From NCBI GenBank assembly GCA_965197725.1, contig CBDANQ010000058.1, positions 64,001-128,000 on the forward strand: DNA of 64,000 nt. The letters are read 5' to 3'. Of the stretch, positions 58,700 to 64,000 are shown piece by piece; within the stretch, counting starts at the first letter, position 1, and every line of letters begins with the position of its first letter. Both the position numbers and the translations under genes were made by a program. The notes under the pieces are model-generated. The model worked only from the letters and a program-made list of their open reading frames with translations. It was not told the DNA's origin and ran no database searches. This DNA comes from Longimicrobiales bacterium. Its GTDB lineage: Bacteria; Gemmatimonadota; Gemmatimonadetes; Longimicrobiales; Gaopeijiaceae.

Positions 58700-60928
58700 G
58701 TGCAGAGACCAAACCGCCGGACCGGGACCGCCAGAGCTTCTGCGGTACGACCGTGGACTTCCCGGATTCGCGCCCCCGTAGCCGCCGTGGCGCTGGCGGT
58801 AACCGGCTGCGGCGGCGATCCGAACCGGGCCCCGCTTCCTGAATCACCTACCTTCAGCGCCCACGTGGCGCCGATCCTGTATGCGCAGTGCGCCGGGTGC
58901 CATCGACCGGGCCGCGCGGCGCCGTTCCCACTGCTCCGCTACGAGGATGCCCGCGACCGGGCCGACCTAATCGCCGCGGTCACACTCCAGCGACGGATGC
59001 CGCCGTGGCCGCTGGAGCCGGGCGACTACCTTTTCGCCGACGAGCGACGCCTCTCCGAGCGGGAGATCGCGGTGCTAGGCCGCTGGGCCAAGCAGGGCGC
59101 ACCGGCAGGCGACATCGCGGCCGCGCCGGCACCGCCAGCCTGGGAAGGCGGCTGGACGTTGGGAGAGCCCGACCTGATCCTGGAGATGCCGGAGCCGTAC
59201 ACGCTGCCTGCCGGCGGCGGAGAAGTCTTCCGCAACTTCGTGCTGCCGGTCCCGCTGGATCAGACCCGGTACGTCCGGGCGGTGGACCTGCAGCCGGGCG
59301 ACGCGATGGTCGTGCACCACGTAGTCATGGCCGTGGACGCGACGGCGGCGTCGCGGCAGGAGGATGCCCTCGATCCCGAGCCGGGTTTCGACGGAATGTT
59401 CACTCGCAGCGGGGCCAGGCCAGCCGCCGGTTTCTTCGTCGGGTGGACGCCGGGGCGCATACCGCGGCCGAACCCCGAGGGACTCGCCTGGCCGCTCGAG
59501 CCGGGCACGGACTTCGTGATCCAGATGCACCTTCGCCCCCAGGCGCACGCCGCTGCCGTGCGCCCTAGGGTCGGGTTCTATTTCGCCGAAGCACCGCCTG
59601 CGCGGACACCGGTCCTCCTGCGGCTCGGCTCGCAGACCCTCGACATCCCGCCTGGCCAGCCCGATTACGCCGTGACGGACAGCTTGCGGCTCCCCGTCGA
59701 CGTCGAGTTGCTCGCGCTCTACCCCCACGCCCACTACTTGGGCAAGCTTATGGACGTGCGGGCGGCGCTCCCGGACGGGGCGGTTCGCCAGATCCTGCGC
59801 ATCAACGACTGGGACTTCAACTGGCAGGACGCCTACACCTTCATCCGGCCAGTCCGGCTGCCGGCGGGGACGGTTATCCGTCTGCGTTACGTGTATGACA
59901 ACTCTGCCGCGAACCCCCGTAACCCCCACACCCCGCCACGTCGTGTGGTCTACGGACCCAACTCGACCGACGAGATGGCCGAGCTGTGGATCCAGGCGCT
60001 GCCCCGCTCGCAGAGCCAGCTGGCCGTGCTCCGACAGGAAGTGGCGCACAAGGCGGCGCGCGACCTTGTGGAGGGTTGGGAGCACCTCATCGGGCTGAAC
60101 CCGGACGACGCGATGGCCCACGCCAGCCTGGCGGCCTTCTACAGCGCGACGGGCGATCTGGACCGGGTGATCCATCACTACGGCCGGGCAGTACAGGCTC
60201 AACCCGATTTCGCGTCGGCCCATTACAACCTGGGCATCGCGCTGGAGGCGCGGGGCGATCTTGAGGGAGCCGTGCGACACTACCGGGAGGCGCTCCGGTT
60301 CCGGCCAGACCACACCGGCGCTCATAACAACCTGGGCGGTGTGCTACTCGCCTTGCGCCAGACGGACGCCGCTGCCGACCACTTCCGCCGGGCCATCGAG
60401 CTGGAGCCCGACCACGCCGAGGCGCACAACAACCTGGGCCGACTCCTGTGGGGGGAGGGGGGGACCGACGAGGCCATAGAACACTACCGCCGGGCGCTGG
60501 AGTCCCGCCCCGACATGGCCGCGCCCCGCTTCAACCTGGCAGTGGCGCTCGCCTCGACCGGTCATACTGCGGAAGCGCTGGAAGAGCTCCAGCGCGCCGC
60601 GCCGCGCCTCGGGCCCGGCGCTGTCGAAGCGTACGTGGCCATGGCCTGGCTCCTGGCCACACACCACGACGCCGCCGTGCGCTGGCCCGAGGAAGCCGTC
60701 GTGCTGGCTGAGCGGGCCGCCCAGCTCCTCGGCCGCCCGCACCCGCAGATCCTCGACGTATTGGCGGCGGCTGAAGCAGCAGCCGGCCGCTTCGACCGCG
60801 CCGCCAGCCTGGCCGACGAGGCGGCTCGGCTCGCCACCGTCGCCCGCGAGCTCGAGCTGGCCACCAGCATCCGCGGGCGTCTCCAGCTTTACCTCCAGAG
60901 GCGGCCGTACATCGAGCCACCTCGCTGA
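58700..60928 (+). CDS. Lipoprotein: c-type heme + copper type II (PHM/DBH-like) monooxygenase + TPR repeats
   Basis: Lipobox VTGC, CAGCH and RRMPPW, VHHVV, QMHL, PHAHYLGK, WDFNWQ, DEMAE, followed by multiple TPRs. Start uncertain (ORF begins at 58433). Confidence 0.88.
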   Translation: MQRPNRRTGTARASAVRPWTSRIRAPVAAVALAVTGCGGDPNRAPLPESPTFSAHVAPILYAQCAGCHRPGRAAPFPLLRYEDARDRADLIAAVTLQRRMPPWPLEPGDYLFADERRLSEREIAVLGRWAKQGAPAGDIAAAPAPPAWEGGWTLGEPDLILEMPEPYTLPAGGGEVFRNFVLPVPLDQTRYVRAVDLQPGDAMVVHHVVMAVDATAASRQEDALDPEPGFDGMFTRSGARPAAGFFVGWTPGRIPRPNPEGLAWPLEPGTDFVIQMHLRPQAHAAAVRPRVGFYFAEAPPARTPVLLRLGSQTLDIPPGQPDYAVTDSLRLPVDVELLALYPHAHYLGKLMDVRAALPDGAVRQILRINDWDFNWQDAYTFIRPVRLPAGTVIRLRYVYDNSAANPRNPHTPPRRVVYGPNSTDEMAELWIQALPRSQSQLAVLRQEVAHKAARDLVEGWEHLIGLNPDDAMAHASLAAFYSATGDLDRVIHHYGRAVQAQPDFASAHYNLGIALEARGDLEGAVRHYREALRFRPDHTGAHNNLGGVLLALRQTDAAADHFRRAIELEPDHAEAHNNLGRLLWGEGGTDEAIEHYRRALESRPDMAAPRFNLAVALASTGHTAEALEELQRAAPRLGPGAVEAYVAMAWLLATHHDAAVRWPEEAVVLAERAAQLLGRPHPQILDVLAAAEAAAGRFDRAASLADEAARLATVARELELATSIRGRLQLYLQRRPYIEPPR

Positions 60929-61204
60929 GTCGCTCCACTCTGCCCTTCGCCTGAGCCCCCACCAATCTGAGCTGTTGACCATGTAATTCCCAGTGGGAAG
61001 GGTAGTTATGGGGCCTTTTGCGACACCCCGAATGGCCAGGTCCTGCTCCCGACGGCCGGGGCCGAGGCGAGGACCGCCCGCAGTTGATTGCGTGGGCGTT
61101 GCCGGGATGCTACGTTGCGATTTCGTGTAGAAATGCACGGAGAAATGCACGGAGAGAAGAGATGTACGGAGGAGGAGTCTTACTGCAATAAGGAGAGTAG
61201 AATC

Positions 61205-64000
61205 ATGAGAATCCCTCGTCAGTTCTTCGTTCACGGGGCCATCGCTTTGGCCCTGATGGCGATGGCTGCCGGTTCGCTGCGCGCGCAGACGGGCACCTTA
61301 AGCGGGCAGGTGCTGGATGGCAGCACCCTGGCGCCCCTCTCGGGCACGCAGGTCAGCATCCTAGCGCGAAACATAGGAGCGCTGGCCCGCGCCGACGGCC
61401 GCTTCCTGATCCCCGGCGTCCCGGCCGGGACGCACGAGGTTGAGTTCCGGATCATTGGCTATGCACTGCAGACGCAGGAGGTCACGGTCGTGGCCGGCCA
61501 GAGCGTCACCGTGAATGTCGAGATGCAATCCCAGGCGATCGCCCTCGATGAGCTGGTGGTCACCGGGACAGGGGTCGTGACGGAGCGGCGCCGGCTCGGG
61601 CAGACGGTGGCCAGCATCAGCGGCGCTGCGTTGGAAGTGTCGCCTATATCCAATGTATCGGAAATGCTGCGGGGGCGGATCTCCGGGATGTTTGGGCAGC
61701 CACACGGCGAGGTGGGCGCCGCCAATCGGATCGTCCTCCGGGGCGGAGTAAGTCTCACTCAGCGGAACGACCCGTTGATCTACATCGACGGCGTCCGCAT
61801 CGACAACAGGATTAGGCGTTTCAGCTCGCCCCTCGACCAGCTTAACCCGAACGACATCGAGCGGATCGAGGTGATCAAAGGGGCGGCGGCCGCGACCCTC
61901 TACGGTACCGAGGCGTCCAGCGGCGTGATCCAGATCTTCACGAAACGGGGTAGTGTTGGGGACCCTGTCTTTTCGTTCATGGTGGAGCAGGGGCTCAATT
62001 ACCTCGAACCCGGCCGTCTCCGTGGTAACTCGGGCTACAACCCCGTAACGAAGAGCGTCGTCTTTAGCGACCCGTTCGAGGAGAACCGGCGAACCGGCCA
62101 CCTCCAGGATTACTCCCTGTCCGTTAACGGCGGGGGAGCGCAAGTGCAGTATTTTGCTTCGGCGCGCATGCAGCGCGAGGAGGACACGCAACCGTCGGAC
62201 CAGCTCACAAACGTTTCTCTGCGCACGGGTGTCAACATCCAGCCTTTGGAAAAGCTCCAGACCCGCTTGGATGTCATGTTGGTTCGGAGCGATATCGACA
62301 GGTTAGGAGGAGGCCCAGGCGGCACTGGCAAGGGGAATTTGCCAGTCATAACCACCCTCGCGAACCCGGGGACGACGGACGCGGTCCGGGTGTATGGCGA
62401 GACGTGGGGCACGGTTGCCGGGTACTTCCAGCAGATAGGCGAGATAGGCACCGACCAGCTCACCGTCAGTGGATCGGCCATCTATGCATGGCTGCCCAAC
62501 GTCTCATCCGAGCTCACTGTCGGCTTCAACCAGGTTGACATCGAGGAGATAGGGACCATCCGCCAGGGCACTGACGCCGGCGACCCAGACGGCTTGCGCG
62601 GTGTCTACAACGAGGAGCGAACGGCCACGACCGTGGACTTTAAGACCTCCTGGCAGCAGGACTTCGGCGAGAACCTGACCTCCACGTTCGTGGTCGGCGG
62701 CCAGAGCTTCTGGGAGGACAGGTGGATTCGGGAGGCCGCCGTGCGAAACTTCTCCTCGCCGGCCCTGGGCACGCTGCGGGGTGGATCTACCGTCACCAAG
62801 CTGGACGAGTGGTTTGAAGAGGTCATCAACGCCGGCGTGTACGTCCAGGAGCAGATCGGGTTGTGGGACAAGGTCTTTGTGACTGGCGGCGTCCGCGCCG
62901 ACGGCAACTCCGCCTTCGGTCAGGACTTCGGATTCGAGGTGTACCCCAAGGCCGGAGTCTCCTGGGTCGTCTCAGACCACGATTTCTGGGACTTCGCGGG
63001 CTTCGAGCAGTTCCGCGTGCGTGCGGCGATCGGCGCGGCGGGGCTGCAGCCCGGCTCGTTCGATGCCCTGCGGACGTGGCAGCCTAACGCGCTCATCAAT
63101 AACCTCCCGGCCGTGTCGCCCTTGAATCTCGGCAACGCGGATCTGAAGCCGGAGCGCTCCATCGAGCGGGAGCTGGGGGCTGAGCTCGGCCTTTTAGGGG
63201 GCCGCGTGGGCGTCGAGTTCGTATACTTCAACCAAGAGACCAAGGACGGCTTGCTGGCGCTGCCGTCCCCGCACTCGCTGGGGTTCGGCGAGCCACAGCT
63301 CACGAACGTGGCCGCCCTCAAGTCGTCCGGAATCGAGGCGTCGCTGAACGTAACCTGGATTCAGCGTCCGAATCTCACCTGGCGGACCACCACCCAGATC
63401 GGTACGCTGAGCCAGGAGATTACCGACATCGGTGGCATTCAACGCTTCAGGATAGGGGGGAACCGGCGCCAAAACTATATCGCGGTGGGTTACATGCCTG
63501 GCGCGACCCTGGCATCCGTGGCAGATCCCGGCAACCCGTACCGCGTTGGGGTGCCTATCGAGCAGTTGTCGACGCTGGATGAGATCAATCCCAACTTCCT
63601 CAAGAACGCGGCGGGCGGGGACTCCCTCGTCTTCCAAGGCAATCCGGTTCCGACGACGACGGGGAGTTTCTCCTCTAGTCTCGATCTCCCCGGGGGCTTC
63701 CGGGTCAACGCGGTCTTCGATGGAGCCGCTGGTTTCATGATGCTCTGTGCAACGTGTATCACCCGGACAGCCATCAAGAACGAGGCGTGGCTGGCCGAGT
63801 GGGAGCGCGAGCTGGATGACCCGAGCACCTCGACCGCGAGGCGGCAGGAGATCGCCGACGAGTATGGGACCACCGGCAACCATCGCAGATTCTCGGACTT
63901 CATGTCCAAGGCCGACTACATCAGATTCGCGGAGCTTGGCGTTACCTATCAGGTGCCCGAGAACATCACCGGGGGATTGGGTGCGAGCACGATGCAGGTC
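61205..64000 (+). CDS. SusC/RagA-family TonB-dependent receptor, paralog 2 (runs off the window)
   Basis: AAGGAG RBS; MRIPRQFFVHG start near-identical to paralog 1; IERIEVIKGAAAATLYGTEASSG; frame consistent at spot-checked points up to 64000. Confidence 0.93.
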   Translation, partial: MRIPRQFFVHGAIALALMAMAAGSLRAQTGTLSGQVLDGSTLAPLSGTQVSILARNIGALARADGRFLIPGVPAGTHEVEFRIIGYALQTQEVTVVAGQSVTVNVEMQSQAIALDELVVTGTGVVTERRRLGQTVASISGAALEVSPISNVSEMLRGRISGMFGQPHGEVGAANRIVLRGGVSLTQRNDPLIYIDGVRIDNRIRRFSSPLDQLNPNDIERIEVIKGAAAATLYGTEASSGVIQIFTKRGSVGDPVFSFMVEQGLNYLEPGRLRGNSGYNPVTKSVVFSDPFEENRRTGHLQDYSLSVNGGGAQVQYFASARMQREEDTQPSDQLTNVSLRTGVNIQPLEKLQTRLDVMLVRSDIDRLGGGPGGTGKGNLPVITTLANPGTTDAVRVYGETWGTVAGYFQQIGEIGTDQLTVSGSAIYAWLPNVSSELTVGFNQVDIEEIGTIRQGTDAGDPDGLRGVYNEERTATTVDFKTSWQQDFGENLTSTFVVGGQSFWEDRWIREAAVRNFSSPALGTLRGGSTVTKLDEWFEEVINAGVYVQEQIGLWDKVFVTGGVRADGNSAFGQDFGFEVYPKAGVSWVVSDHDFWDFAGFEQFRVRAAIGAAGLQPGSFDALRTWQPNALINNLPAVSPLNLGNADLKPERSIERELGAELGLLGGRVGVEFVYFNQETKDGLLALPSPHSLGFGEPQLTNVAALKSSGIEASLNVTWIQRPNLTWRTTTQIGTLSQEITDIGGIQRFRIGGNRRQNYIAVGYMPGATLASVADPGNPYRVGVPIEQLSTLDEINPNFLKNAAGGDSLVFQGNPVPTTTGSFSSSLDLPGGFRVNAVFDGAAGFMMLCATCITRTAIKNEAWLAEWERELDDPSTSTARRQEIADEYGTTGNHRRFSDFMSKADYIRFAELGVTYQVPENITGGLGASTMQV

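Noticed and set aside
1..64000. tRNA, rRNA, prophage or recognisable anti-phage defence genes
   Set aside because: None recognised by eye; a covariance-model or HMM scan would be needed to exclude them.

Overview
GC-rich bacterial DNA. The gene repertoire (SusC/SusD pairs, DUF5916, DUF1592/DUF1552/ankyrin, NHL propellers, DUF3179) suggests a Gemmatimonadota-like organism; this is inference. The left half holds a response regulator, an ABC-class ATPase, an apaG/pilin operon, mntR, a TonB receptor, a cNMP-GGDEF protein and an NHEJ locus (ligD, ku, a MerR-HTH/TPR gene, two DinB genes). The right half is an accessory envelope/redox region: three NHL proteins, pyc, two divergent SusC paralogs, a duplicated DUF1592-(DUF1552)-ankyrin cytochrome module, and a heme-c/copper-monooxygenase/TPR lipoprotein. 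Two copies of one IS1182-like element sit in CTAG sites. The best candidate new system is a split bacterial PAM-like machinery: a PHM-like lipoprotein retaining all six Cu-ligand motifs plus a fused heme, and a tandem pair of PAL-like propellers retaining the Tyr/Arg/3xHis catalytic motifs. Other notable signals are the ku-coupled MerR/TPR gene, a palindromic motif expanded in both SusC leaders, many short tandem duplications and several gene scars. All family calls come from motif recognition by eye, with no database searches.
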